Source: Centroscyllium fabricii (Eukaryota). From it: a DNA stretch of 64,000 nt. Position 1 is the first letter of the stretch, and each line of letters starts with the position of its first letter. A program made the translations under genes and the position numbers. This document shows positions 10,888 to 23,825 of this stretch, piece after piece. The notes under the pieces are model-generated. The model was not told the DNA's origin, made no database searches, and saw nothing but the letters and a program-made list of their open reading frames with translations. The DNA is taken from the NCBI GenBank assembly GCA_051313645.2, contig JBNRSN020000011.1:75764001-75828000 (forward strand), given 5' to 3'.

Positions 10888-12537
10888 ATGCCAAGGTTTT
10901 AGTAAAAAAAAAGTGAAATAGAGTTCTATTTTTAACCTTCACCATGTTCACTCCCAATCTAGAATAGTCCTGCTTGGGTAGTATATTCAATGAGACTATC
11001 TCTGGGCAGTTGCCACTTAAGTAAGCAGGGCCAACATTATTCTGGCTCTCAAAACTCAGACAAAGGCCTAGGACCAGTTAGGTCACCATGGTCTCATGAG
11101 TTTGAAGGTTAGCCAAGGCTGGGATTTGATCTTGCCACTTCTTCGGTTAGAAGTCCATCACAAAACTATCAGAACCGTCAGACTGTTCCTATAGATTCCA
11201 TTTTAAAGATGTAAAACCTACTCCATCTGGCAGAAGTACCTCTTTTACCAGCCAAACGTGGAGCAGCATCAGTGAGACTTATGAAGAACCCCACAACCCA
11301 TAAGGCTATGTAAAGCAGAGGTAGAGAACCAGGTTTCATCTTAAATCTGAAATTAAATGGCTAAGTGATTAATTTTCTTAATTTAAAATAAGCCTACCTG
11401 TCAAGTGTTAGTTTGATTTCAATTCATTTCACAAACTTAGGACAGGTATTTGGATACTATTGCCTAACAATTGGATTGCACCTGAATTAGGGTGTGATAC
11501 CAATGCAGCACATGCCTAATGAGGCCGGTCTCATTTGCTCATTACTGGCGCGCTGCCGCGAGAGGCAATCAGCGGGGAGGCGAGTGGTAGTCTACAGTGG
11601 CCCATGAATTTAATGGGGAGCCTTTACCAATATGGCAGGTGGCATGGTATATTGGACCTTTCGATGCCCATTTTACACATGTAAAATGGGTGCAGAGGAA
11701 TCCAATTTCTTGGCCTACATGTTTACATTTGAAGACTTGCAAGAAGAGATAGTAGTTAATAACATACATTTAATTATCATAACCACTGTAAATGAAGATC
11801 ACTGCAGTGCAGAGCACAGGTCACGGTCCAAGCATTGGCCAAAACATGTTACCTTTCCAAAATCCACACTGTACGCATAAGCACTGATCGTAACTCCCGG
11901 TGGGAGTCGTGTAGTGGGGAGCAAGGCAAATAGGAAACTGTCTGGCCGACTGCAGCTCAAGGCCTGTGAGATTTTAACTCTCGGGCATCATCTGCATAAC
12001 TGCTGGCAGTCTCCCACCTGACCCCAGCAGGAAGCGCTAGCTGACTGGTCGGCAGGAGATGATTTTGAGCTGCAGAAGGCCACCGTCAGGGGAAGCAAAA
12101 CAAAAATAATAATTACTTAAAGGGAATGCTGGAGGCTGCTCAGAAACCAGCCCAGGATATGTTAATTTTCTTTTGGTGGGGCAATGAGGAGCAGAAGCAC
12201 TCCTCCTGGGCCCACAAAAGTGCGCTGCCAGCCTACCCCAGGCCCCAGCCCTGGGATCATCTTCCTTCCCCCATGCACCATCTGCTGACTAGCTCAGTAT
12301 GGGACCTCGCCGATGGCATGCAATTGAAGCCTGGGCCGCAAAATGTCTCTGGCCTCACGCCAGTAATAACCTGGCGGGCACTGAATATGCTCCACCTGCC
12401 AGCCAACCGTTTGTTATCTCCCTGAAGTTAAAATCGCCCCGAAGGTAACTTGTCTTCTCTGATTATTACTGAACTGCAGTCGACTCAGTGTTAGCACCCT
12501 GTTGCATAAGCCCTGAAATTAGCTTGTGGAATTTCTG

Positions 12538-12768
12538 TCTTGTAAATTGACCCTTAGTGTTAGGGGCATTGAATATGTGGGGTTACAGGGATAGGGTGGG
12601 ATGTGTGTCGGTGCAGGGTCGATAGGGATCGAGGGATGTGGGGACAAGGCAGGGACAGGGTGCTGGGTTTGTATGATCAGCCATGATCTCATTGAATGGC
12701 AGAGCAGGCTCGAAGGGCCGAATGGCCTACTCCTGCTCCTATCTTCGATTTTTCTATGTTTCTATGTA
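12538..12768 (+). mobile_element. HE1-like SINE fragment with a CR1-type 3' tail
   Basis: TAAATTGACCCTTAGTGT block, then GGCTCGAAGGGCCGAATGGCCTACTCCTGCTCC and a (TTCTATGT)n tail. Confidence 0.55.
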
Positions 12769-13449
12769 AGTTGCTGCAGCCCTTCTGTGAACCTGGCCAA
12801 AATTCACTTTGTTGCACCAAGGTCTCAGCATTCAGTATTCACCTACTGTAATGGGTTGGTTATTGGACCCATTAACTCCTTCATTTTCAATTCTGACCTT
12901 TAACATCAACAGATTTGAAATACATCATACTGTATACATCTCATGTGGTATTAACAATTTAGGAATACCAAGGCAAACTTTGAGCAAATTGATCCCTTAA
13001 TGAAAAAAGGAAGTTTAAAAAAAGTTATATTGAAATGACCTCATCATTAGCGCGTCCGATAGATTAGGAACTCCTGATGCTCCATTACTCAACAATGACT
13101 TTGACCCTATCCATGTAAGTCTGTCAGTCAGTCACCTAATCAGTCTCTCCAAATGGGATTAAATCCAGTTGCATTATCTCACTAAAATTCCTGGTTGTGT
13201 TTTTCTTCAGATCGAACACTTGTTGAATGGAGTTGACTTAAGTAGACATGTTAGATAATAATCGTGAAAAATCTCAAGACAAGATTTGTGTATGGAGCTT
13301 TGTTGAATTATTCAGCCCAAAAAATAAGACCTGCAGGAGTAATTCATTGTCTGCCTTCAAATCTCTACACTGTTCATAGCTGTAATTCAGAAACAAGATT
13401 ATTTGTTGCCTGCTTTCTAAATAAAGTCATCTTTTGTTGTGTTGTTTAG

Positions 13450-15380
13450 TGAAAGGGCGGTGGGTGGGAAATTGCGTTGTACATGTACAAAGGGAAGGTC
13501 TGTGATAGGGTGGAAGGTAGGAGAGATTAAATGACAAAATGGATGATTTGGATAAAGAGGCGAGGGAGGAGACCTGTGTAGGACTGGAACAAATTATGTT
13601 CCATGTATCCCACGAAAAGGCAGGCATAGCTACAGGTATGAATTAGTTCCCATAGCAACATCTTTTATTTGGAGAAAATAAGTAGGATCAAAGGAGAATT
13701 TTTTCAATATATGAACAGGTTCAGCCAGGCAGGGAAGGTTTTTTTTTTTTAATTTGTTTTTTATTCGTTCATGGGATGTGGGCGTTGCTGGCAAGGCCAG
13801 CATTTATTGCCCAGCCCTAATTGCCTTTGAGAAGGTGGTGGTGAGTTGCCTTTTTGAACCGCTGCAGTCCAGTATTTATGTGGCTGGTCCAGTTAAGTTT
13901 CTGGTCAATGGTGACCCTCAGGATGTTGATGGTGGGGGATTCGGCGACGATAATGCCTTTGAATGTCTAGGGATGGTTGTTAGACTCTCTCTTGTTGGAG
14001 TTAGACATTGCCTGACACTTGTGTGGTGCGAAGGTTACTTGGCACTTATCAGCCCAAGCCTGAATGTTGTCCAGGTCTTGCTGCATGCGGGCATGGACCG
14101 CTTCATTATCAGAGGAGCTGCGAATAGAACTGAACACTGTGCAATCATCAGCGAACATCCCCACTTCTGACTGTATGAGGGAGAGAAGATCATTGATGAA
14201 GCAGCTGAAGATGGTTTGGTCTAGGACACTGCCCGGAGGAGCTCCTGCAGTGATGGCCTGGGGCTGAGATGATTGGCCTTCAAAACCACAACCATCTTCC
14301 TTTGTGCTAGGTATGACTCCAGCCAGTGGAGCATTTCCCCGATTCCCATTGATTTCAAGTTTACTAGGGCTCCTTGAAGCCACTCTTGGTCAAATGCTGC
14401 CTTGATGTCAAGTGCTGTCACTGTCACCTCACCTCTGGAATTCAGCTCTTCTGTCCATGTTTGGACCAAGGCTGTAATGAGGTCTGGAGCCAAGTGGTCC
14501 TGGCAGAATTCATACTAAGCATCAGTGAGCAGGTTATTGGTGAGCAAGTGCCGCTTGATAACACCGTTGACGACACCTTCCATCACTTTGCCGATGATTA
14601 AGAGTAGACTGATGGGGCGGTAATTGGCCAGATTGGATTTGTCCTGCTTTTTGTGGACAGGATATACCTGGCAATTTTCCACATTGTCAGGTAGATGCCA
14701 GTGTTATAGCTGTACTGGAACAGCTCGGCTACAGGCATGGCTAGTTCTCGAGCACAAGTCATCGGCACGACAGCTGGGATGTTGTTGGAGCCCGTATCTT
14801 TTGTAGTATCCAGTGCACTCAGCCATTTCTTGGTATCATGTGAAATTAATCAAATTGGCTGACGACTGGCTTCTGTGATAGAGGGGGCCTCAGGAGGAGG
14901 CTGAGATGGATCATCCACTCGGCACTTCTGGCTGCAAACACTTTAGCTATGTCTTTTGCACTCGCATGCTGGGCTCTGACATAATTGAGGATGGGGATGT
15001 TCATGGAGCCTCCTCCTCCTGTTAGTTGTTTAATTGTCCACCACCATTCAAGACTGGATGTGGCAGGGCTGCCAAGCTTTGATCTGATCCGTTGGTTGTG
15101 GGATCATTAGCTCTGTCTATACTATGCTGCTTCCGCTGTTTATCATGCATGTTGTAGCTCCCCCAGGTTGATGGTGGATGGGGACTGGTTGGGCCTCCAT
15201 TCATGGAAGAAGCAGAGGGCCCACACGCCATCCTGCTGGGGGATGGAGATGTAGAGGGACTGGATGTCAATGATGAAAAGGAGACGGTCAGGGCCAGGAA
15301 ACTGGAAACTGTTAAAATGACAGAGGATGTTGGAAGAGACTGGTAATGGTGAATGCTGATGTGGGGAAGGATAGCATTTT
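13450..15380 (-). mobile_element. Penelope-like RT fragment split by the LINE at 13739-15165
   Basis: 13560-13738 and 15170-15330 align consecutively with the PLE RT at about 51490-51830. Confidence 0.7.
13739..15165 (-). mobile_element. 5'-truncated non-LTR retrotransposon (CR1/L2-group-like RT) with poly(A) tail
   Basis: Minus-strand ORF pieces ALDIKAAFD and FADDCTVF; T-run at 13739-13750 next to a TTTATT (AATAAA) signal. Confidence 0.8.
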
Positions 15381-15555
15381 TACTATTTTATATTATTGTA
15401 CAAAGAGGAGTTGTATTGATAAAATAAATCTAATAATATTCACTCATTGTGAAATAAAGCAGTTGAATGATTTGTTCAATAGAGTCCCTTGCCTGTATCT
15501 TCAATAGCTCAATAGAGTCTGGGGTAGTTCCTTCTAGACTGGAAGCAAGCTCTAT

Positions 15556-16221
15556 AGCCCCGCTTTCACTGGAGGCTACGAAATCCTGATTGGTGCCGAA
15601 TCTGAAATTTGTCCGATTCGTAGGTAATTCTTGCAATTCGTAAACGATTCGTGGTTGATTCGTAGTTGATTCGTAGAGTTCGCGTAAGTTCGCGTGATTT
15701 CGTTAATTTTTCACGAAAGTTTTTGCTCGTCAAAAACTTTCGTGGGAGGGTTAACGAATGTCCAATTCGTGATAGATTCCTAAACAATTCGTGAACGTTT
15801 CTTATCGTTCTTAACCCTTTCTTATCCTTCTTAACCGTTTCTTAATCGCTTCTTCTGCATTCTGGCCTATTCTTGGGCATTCGTGACTCCCTCAAATTCG
15901 TGGACCCACGCCGAATACATCACGAAACAGGCACGAATGTCCACGAATCAAGTACGAATCAAGTACGAATCGGTCGTAGTGGATTCGTACAGTAATTCGG
16001 CACATTCGTAAGTGAGTTCGTTAAATTCTTACCTGATTCTTTGAATTCGTACTTGTTTCTTAAACCATTCTTGACATTCGGCACGAATAATTCGTAATCA
16101 ATTCGTGGTGGATTCGTAGCTCCTCCCGAATCCACCACGAATTTTCAAATTTTTTGCAGAATCGCCACGAATTTCGATTCGGGATATTCGGGAATTCGTA
16201 GCCCTCAGTGAAAGCGGGGCT
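15556..16221. mobile_element. MITE with about 29-bp TIRs and a TTCGT/ACGAA-rich interior
   Basis: AGCCCCGCTTTCACTG...GCTACGAA at left and TTCGTAGC...CAGTGAAAGCGGGGCT at right; interrupts the CR1 RT; TSD ambiguous. Confidence 0.85.
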
Positions 16222-16978
16222 TTATAGTTCCTATTTTTTTTAAAAGGGACAAATTAGAGCCAGGGAACTACAGGCTCATCAACGTACATCCATTTTTGGG
16301 AAGATGCTAGAAGGGATCATAAGAGATTTCCTTTATGATTGCTGGGAAAGGGAAAGGGCCATTAGAAATTCACAACATGGCTTCTGAAAAAATAGGTCAT
16401 GCCTAAGAAATTTGATAAGAGTTCTTTGAGGAAATCACTAAGGTATTGGATAAAGGAAATCTGGCAGATATTGTCTGCCTGGACCTTCAGAAAGCCTTTG
16501 ATAAGGTACCTCACATTGGGTTACTTCACAAGATGGAATCTTGTGGTATCAGTAGAAATTTGAAACGCTGGATTTGGAATTTGGAAAGTTGTACTTTCTG
16601 GATGTGGTTCAGCTTGGAGTTAAGTTACTAGTGGTGTCACCCAGAGATTTGTCCTAGGCCCACTACTCTTCATGGTCTTTATTAATGACCTGAACAGCAG
16701 TATTGGGAGTATAGTAAGTAAGGCCGCGAATTTAATGGAGGAGGCGGGTTACCTAGTGGGCGGGTTCCGGTCCTGCTGCCGGTTTCAGCCGCTCCCGATT
16801 TGTGATTTTAAATTAAGTGGCCTCCTTAGGCCCGCCGTGCACACTGCCTGGCCCAATGAGTGGGAGCGGGTCTGCTGCTCTCATCTGATGTCGTCATTGC
16901 TCAGTTGTTTTTAAGGGGCCCATGTAGCCTCAGCTTTTCATTTTATTTATGCTGCTGTGGGAATCTGCCCAGGTCACC

Positions 16979-18648
16979 ATGACTGCTGCCAAAGAATAGG
17001 CTCCATGCTACGATGAGGACTCCCTCCAAGCTCTTGTGGAGGGAGTAAGAGGGCTCAGGGAGATTCCTGATGGCCGGAGGAAGCCTCCTCAGCAAACAAA
17101 GGCAGCTTGGTTGCGAATTGCTGAGGAGGTAAGCGCAAGGTCCTTGTGCTCACGCACTTGGATCCAGTGCCAAAAACGGTTCAGTGATCTTCTGCGCTCA
17201 TCAAAAGTGAGCATCACATCACACTTACCTTGAATCTGCTTCCATTCTCTTCTCATCACCAGCACTCTGCACTGTCAGTCTGCTCCTCCAAATCCCACCT
17301 TAACCTTACCTGTCTTGCACCCTTACCTATCCCTGTCTCTCTATGTACTGAATTACTTCACCATCCTACTATGCACCCCTCAAACTCATTCTCACTGTTA
17401 TGCAATGACAACAACTCACAGGGAGGCAGCTTCCTCTTGGCACCTCTCTCCATCAAGCTCGCTGAAACTCCACTTGTGTCCCTCCTTGCAGGAAAAGATA
17501 GCCCACAATAAGAGGGAGAGCGCAAAAACAGGAGGAGGCCCACCATCCCTGGCTACACTGACAAGTGCTGAGGAGGCTGCTCACGACATCGTGGGAGGTG
17601 GCGAGGAGCTGGAAGTGGGGGATGGAGAGACGGGCGCAGTAGAGGAAGCTGGTGACAATCGATTTTCAACCCGCTCATTTAGATTTCATGATTTGACTGA
17701 GATGGCATCTGATGTTCTCAGCGAGGATGATGACTCAGCTCAGAAATGCACACCTTGGCAGGTCCTTCACGACACACAGTAGTGTTGTCACCTGGTGTAT
17801 CACAGCACACAAGTGAGCATCAGCAGCTGGTGGAGACAGGGACAACAGTGGAGAGTCCTCATTGGAGGTCACAGGGTGCTCCTAGCTCTGCTCAGCTGCA
17901 TGTAGATGCTGTGCCTCTGGGGCCATTCAGAAAGAGAGCGGTGCTGCAACTCCAGGAACAAGTGCAGGATACTCTGACAGATTTTGCATCCACAGTAACT
18001 GTGTGTGCAGAGAATGGAGGAGCCCATCTCAAACATGAGCACTGTCTTGGTGGAGGCAATGGCGCATGTACGTGCTGCCATCGAGAGGGTGGCAACCTCC
18101 ATTAAGGATATAACTTGCCAGACTCAACAGAGCATGGTAACTCTTCTAAATAGATGGTTTGCTATGGAGGATAGATGGGCATCTATTGAGGAGAGGCACC
18201 AAAGGTACATGGACGTCCCCATTATGAGGACAGTCAGTGCAGAGATGGGCCCTCGTGGCCCCACTGATGTTCAGCAAGGTGCTCCCCAGCCACTTGCTAG
18301 CACTGAAGTGCGGGTGACCCATGAGGGGGATGTTGGTGGCCGACAACAACTGTTGGCTCCTCTCGAAGCGTTCACATGACCATGCCACTGCGGAGTCCTC
18401 GGTCAGAGCCCCAGATTCCACACCCAATTGAGATGGCCATCTCAGCCCCTGCACAGCTGCGGGAAGAGCAGACTGCGGGGGAGCCCTCCCAGGCCCCCAA
18501 ACCCAGAGGACGCCCGGCAAATGCATCTAAGCAGGAGCAGCATCCTCGTCAGCAAGGTGCCACAGGGGATGTACCACGCAGAAGCACACGTAAAAGAAAA
18601 AGCACCTATAGTCAGAAGGGGACTCACTTGGGTGTTTTCTTGTGTTAG
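16979..18648 (+). pseudogene. Harbinger Myb/SANT-like DNA-binding protein, intron-containing
   Basis: AWLRIAEEVSA..RTWIQCQKRFSDL; GT at 17207 and AG at 17490-17491; next exon EKIAHNKRESAKTGGGPP; C-terminal RRSTRKRK; premature stops. Confidence 0.75.
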
Positions 18649-18889
18649 AAAGTATCAATTGTCATCATGATTGTGATGTGATTCAACAAAAGTGATGGCT
18701 AAGATTTGGCCTATGTATGCTGAGAAATGGAAGTTGCACAGTAAGGGCTCAAGGCGATGTGCATTTGTAATGATGGTGGTGAGAGTGATAGGAAAGCACC
18801 ATTTATTAGAGAGATGATGTATGGTGTATTAATAAGGTTGTCCAGACATTCATAGTCATCTGCCAGCCACCTGTGGTTGAAGCGTAAGC

Positions 18890-19340
18890 TTACGCGAATC
18901 TGGCATGGATGAGTGCATCCTTTGCCTGACGGCCAGCAATGTGGTCACATGCTGCTGGATTGGCCACACCCGACCCCACAAGGCATGCCTCCTGCTCCTG
19001 CTCCTCCTCTTCTTCTTCCGAAGAGGCTCTGTGCTGAGCCATGCTGCTCTGCGATGTTGTGCAGGGCACAGCAGACGATGATGATTCTGTACACCCTAGC
19101 TGGTGCATACTGCACGGTTCCATCAGACTGGGAGATGCCGCTGATGTCTGCAGCTGGTCCCTGGAAGGAGCCCGAAGCAAAGAACTTTAGAGTGGTGGTC
19201 ACTTTGACGGCCACTGGTAAGGAGTGTCCACACGCTCCTCTGGGCCCCAGGTGTTGGTGCAGCATTGCGCAGATGTCAACGACTATGTCTCGCGAAAGTC
19301 TCAGCCTCCTTTGGCACTGCAGCTCACTCATGTGAGGAAG
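18890..19340 (-). pseudogene. Harbinger transposase (HARBI1-like) remnant
   Basis: LPVAVKVT..LKFFASGSFQ..AADISGISQS fused directly to IIVCCALHNIA; the central catalytic region is missing. Confidence 0.8.
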
Positions 19341-20619
19341 CTCCTCCTCTGCCTGTAAACCCAGTGTTTGGGGTATCTCCTGCGGCGAGGTGCAGCCCCG
19401 CGCTGACGCCCTCTGCTCTGTGCAGCATCAGGTGGCTGAGGAGAAGGTTGGTGCTCCTGCTGTTGATGCTACTGCTGTGCCTGGTTGTGCTGCTGCCGCG
19501 GCTGCTCTTCATCTGGATATATATGGTTCCCATTACACTGGTATATATCTCAGTCGAGGAATGGAGGTTGTTTGCGCTCAGGCAAAGTGGTCAGAGGGTA
19601 TTCCAAGGAGGTCACACTGCAGATAGATTCCAGCTTGAACACTCAAGATCAGTAGAGCTGCAAAATGTCTCTCAAACCTCAAAGCACTAAGTTGTGGCAT
19701 CTGAAACTCAGATTTTGCAGGACCGCTTTTATGCTGTTCGAGCAGCTGTGAACAATTCAAGTCCTTGGTAAACCTGGCACAATGCAGCTGGCATGTTTGT
19801 CTGATGATGGACAGCATGCAGAAAAAGTTGCAAAATCGCAACAGCCAGTTAAAAATCTGTTTGTTGCCTTAAGTGCCTCTCCCGCTGTTCGGTGTGTCGG
19901 GTCAGTTCGGGAGCAGCTGACCAGACACTTGCCAAAGTAGTGTGTGGACAGAATGGCGGCGGGTTCACAACCCACTGTCAATCTTTCAGATTTTCACAAC
20001 TGACCCGCCTCCAAACTCACCCCTTGAGCTCTATTAAATTCGCGGCCTAAGATTGCAGATGACGCCAAAATCTGTGCAAGGGTTAAAATGGTAGAGGAGT
20101 GCAATCAAATCCGAAAAGATTTAGACGTGCTAGGGGAATGGGCCACACATTGGCAAATGGCATTGAATTTAAATAAATGTAGTGTTATGCATGTTGGTAG
20201 GGTCAACACAGAATACACGTATAATTTGCAGGAAAAATACTGAACGAGATCGAGAGAGAAAAAGATCTTCGTGTTATTGTGCACAGCTCATTGAAGGTTC
20301 ATGACAAATGTAGAGAAACTATAGCGAAAGCTAACATGGTATTGGGTTGTATTATGGAACCACTCAGTATAAAGCAAAGGACACTATTTTTGGCACAATA
20401 CAGGTCCCTGGTTAGACCGCATCTAGTGTACTGCACCCAGTTTTGGACCCCCTACATGGTGGGTGATATAGCGGCCTTGGAAAAAGGTCTTGAGGAGAGC
20501 TACAAGAATGATTCCTAGCTTAAAGAACCTCAGCTACTCTGATAGGCTGAAGGACCTTGGTCTATTTACTTTAGAGCTGTGTAGACCTAGAAGAGACATT
20601 AGAGGTCTACAAAGTAATT

Positions 20620-20928
20620 TGTGGCATTGCCACATTGGGGAAGCACTGTGTGTACGTAGATAAACCTGTATAATCCCCTTTTAACTGCTGTATTCCCCTC
20701 CCCCCACAAGACAGTTGCAAGCTGAGAGGAATAAGGCATGTTCAGACTTGCCTGTTGCTGAGAGAAGGAAAACCAATCAGGTTCCAGCAGGTGACCAACC
20801 CGTGAGTCATCACAGGTTTGTGGGCTTTATGAATTCAGTACTGTATTGTGAGAGTTGGAGTAAAGACCTATTTCTTGTAGCTCGCTGTGTTGACTATTTC
20901 TTTACGCGGGAGACCGTACCCTCCCACA
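20620..20928. mobile_element. Solo LTR (309 bp)
   Basis: TGTGG...CCACA ends with 4-bp TSD AATT (20616-20619 / 20929-20932); interrupts CR1. Confidence 0.8.
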
Positions 20929-22507
20929 AATTAAAAGGCGGGATAGCATCTCTATTGATAGATTATTCCACTTCAACAGATTGAGGAGGACCAGGGGGCA
21001 TGAGTTTAAACTATGAAAGAGGCTGGATATTAGGTGGTTCTTCTTTTCCCAGAGAATTGTCAGCGTCCTGAGTACACTGCCAGCTGCTATGGTGTGTGCT
21101 CGATGCTGGCTCTCTGCCCGTCTTCAAGAGGGAGCTGGAGCAGTTCCTGACGGGGGTAGAGATCGCTTTATATCGAAGGCAAGTGTCTTTATAGGTAACG
21201 TTTTGTCCATGTGATCTGCTGGACTGGTTTTGATCGCCTGAGTGATTTGGAAAGGAATTTTACAGAACATTTTTTCCCCTTATCGGCCTGGGCTTTTTCT
21301 ATTTTTTGCCTCTCCCAGGAGATTACATAACATGGCTGCGGGTGTGCGTTTGAGGTGGGGGGGAGCTTGTGGCAGGCTGGGGGTGGGGGGGGGGGTGGTG
21401 TTTGGGGCAGGCAAGAATAAATGTTTAGCTGTGATGGTCCAACCATCATGGTATGAGGCAGACTTGATGGATCAGCTGGTCTTTTCCTGGCCATGTTCAT
21501 AAGTGGTTCAGCTGCACAGTAGGGGAGGAAAGGGAGTGGCAGAGCAATAGTGGTAGGGGTTTCAATAGTTAGGGGAGCAGACAGACATTTCTGCGGTCGT
21601 GGACGTGACTCCAGGATGGTATGTTGGCTCCCTGGTGCCAGGGTCAAGGATGTCACTGAGCAGCTGCAGGACACTGAGGGAGGAGGGTGAACAGCCAGAG
21701 GTCGTCATCCCTATCGGTACCAATGACACAGGCAGAAAGAGGGATGAGGTCCCGCTGGCAGAGTTTAGGTTAAAAAGCAGGACCTCAAAGGTAGTAATCT
21801 CCGGATCACTCCCGGTGCCATGTGCTGGTGAGTACAGCAGTAGGAGGATAGAACAGATGGATGCATGGCTGGAGAGATGGGACCTGTACAAGCCAGACGG
21901 GTTACACCTCAACAGAGCCAGGGCCAATATTTTCATGGGGGGGTTTGTTAGTGCTGTTGGGCAGGGGGATGGGCACCAGCATATAGGAGTAGAAAAGAGG
22001 AATAAGGTGAATAAAGGAGTGTGTGTGTTGGATAGCACTAGAGAAGATAGTACTAGAGGCGGTAGTAGTACCATATTAGATAGGAGATTAAGAAAGACTA
22101 CAAAAAATTCAAAAATGGGTTTAGAATGCATGTACGTAAATGCACAAAGAGTGGTGAATAAGCTACAAGCACAATTAGCCTTGCGACAATATGATGTTGC
22201 GGCAATAACGGAAACGTGGTTTAAAAACAATGAGGAGTGGGCACTTAATATTCAAGGGTACAAGGTGTTCAGAAAAGAGAGGGAAGGAAAAAAGGCGGTG
22301 GTGTGGTGGTGCGGATTAAGGAAGACATTGTAGTGTTGGAAAGGAAGGATGTTCTTGAGGGGACAAGGACAGAATCCATTTGGTTAGAGTTGAGGAGCAA
22401 AAAGGGTAAGATCACACTATTGCAGGTTTTCTTTTGGCCTCCAAATAGTGAGAGGGAAGTAGAGGAGCAAATCTGCAGGGAAATCGCAGAGATATGCAAG
22501 AGCTATA

Positions 22508-23263
22508 GGGGAAAAATTGGCTAGACCACGTTTTGTGGCGCGAACCTCGGCGCAGCGCTATTTTTAACGCCGGCTGATCGCTGGCGCCATTAGCTCTAAA
22601 GTTCCCCTGTATCGCCCATAGTAGGAGGGGGGGCGTGAAAACACGCGCCCGCCCTCGTTCTTAGTGCGCTGCAGCCAAAGTTCCGGGCGCTGGGGGTCGC
22701 TGCGCCATGCAGCGCAGAGTGGCGGCCCGTGGTACTGCAAGCTTTCCTCCCAGATTAAAGGGGAGCGGCCTAGCGCGGCTGTGGCCGGAGCCCTGCGTGG
22801 GACAACATTCTGCAGAAGGAGCCTGGCACTGGAGGGAAGTGCCGGGCTTAGTGCTCGGAGGCCTGACACCACGGGGGGAGCAGTGGGGGAAGCCAGGGGG
22901 AGGCCGATGGGGAAGGTGCTGGCAGTCGGCCAGCAATAAAAATGGCTGACCGGCACCCTCCCCTTTAAGCAGCACTCCCCTGCTGCTGTAACGGCCAGAA
23001 AAAGCTGGCACGGGCAGCGCCCACCGAAAACTCAGCGGGCACTGCCCAATTTCAGTCGCAGGCACCAGAATGGTGCTGCGCGGCCTGATGACGTCATTCC
23101 CGTCGGCCAGCTGGCCGAGAAATTCAGTGGGGCGCTACTGGTTAATGCCCACCTTAGCGCTCCACTGAATTTCACGGTAGGTGCTAGCGCTAACTGTCTT
23201 GCGCCCTGTTAGCGCCCTTTTTGGGCGGTAATGGGCAGGCGCAGGACAGCCAATTTCTAGCCC
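22508..23263. mobile_element. GC-rich MITE, probably Harbinger-type
   Basis: Imperfect TIRs GGGGAAAAATTGGCT / AGCCAATTTCTAGCCC; ATA on both flanks; splits the CR1 endonuclease at CKSY|VVILGDFN. Confidence 0.75.
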
Positions 23264-23825
23264 ATAAAGTGGTGATATTGGGGGACTTTAATTACCCAAA
23301 TATCAATTGGGATAATGCTAGGGTAAAGGGAAAGGAGGGGGAGAAATTTCTGAAATGTGTTCAGAAGAATTTCCTTGACCAATATGTTCTTGGCCCAACT
23401 AGGAAGGAGGCATTGCTGGATCGGGTGCTGGGGAATGGGGTGGGCCAGGTCGACCAAGTGTCTGTGGGAGGACGCTTGGGTACAAGTGATCATCGTATCA
23501 TAAGATTTAGATTAGCAATCGAGAGGAGCAAGGAACAATCTAGAATGGAACTTCTAAACTCGAATAGGGCTAACTCCAATGGGATACGAAAGGATCTAGC
23601 CAGGGTAAAATGGAACCAAAGACTGACAGGAAAAACTATAACAGAACAATGGGTGATCTTTAAGAAGGAGATGCTGCAAGTACAGGCTTGGTACATTCCA
23701 ACAAGAGGGAAGGGTAAGGGAACCAAAGCAAGGGCTCCTCAGATGACGAGGGAGATAGAGAAGATGAAACAAAAAAAGAGGGTGGATGATGAATGTCAGG
23801 TGAATTTTTCAAGGGAGAACCAGAC

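Larger units (their letters stand above)
16722..20047. mobile_element. PIF/Harbinger DNA transposon (internally deleted)
   Basis: 19-bp TIR GGCCGCGAATTTAAT(G/A)GAG; TSD TAA (16719-16721 / 20048-20050); Myb/SANT gene on + and HARBI1-like DDE nuclease remnants on -. Confidence 0.93.
15450..21500 (+). mobile_element. Old CR1 LINE (RT and 3' end) carrying three nested insertions
   Basis: Degenerate DWK.A.IVPIF.KG..PGNYR, DLQKAFDKVPH, K(F)ADD.K, LVRPHL.YC.QFW. Continuous once 15556-16221, 16722-20047 and 20620-20928 are removed. Confidence 0.85.

Noticed and set aside
15600-16200. CRISPR-like or satellite array
   Set aside because: No constant repeat/spacer period; it is bounded by TIRs in a eukaryotic context.
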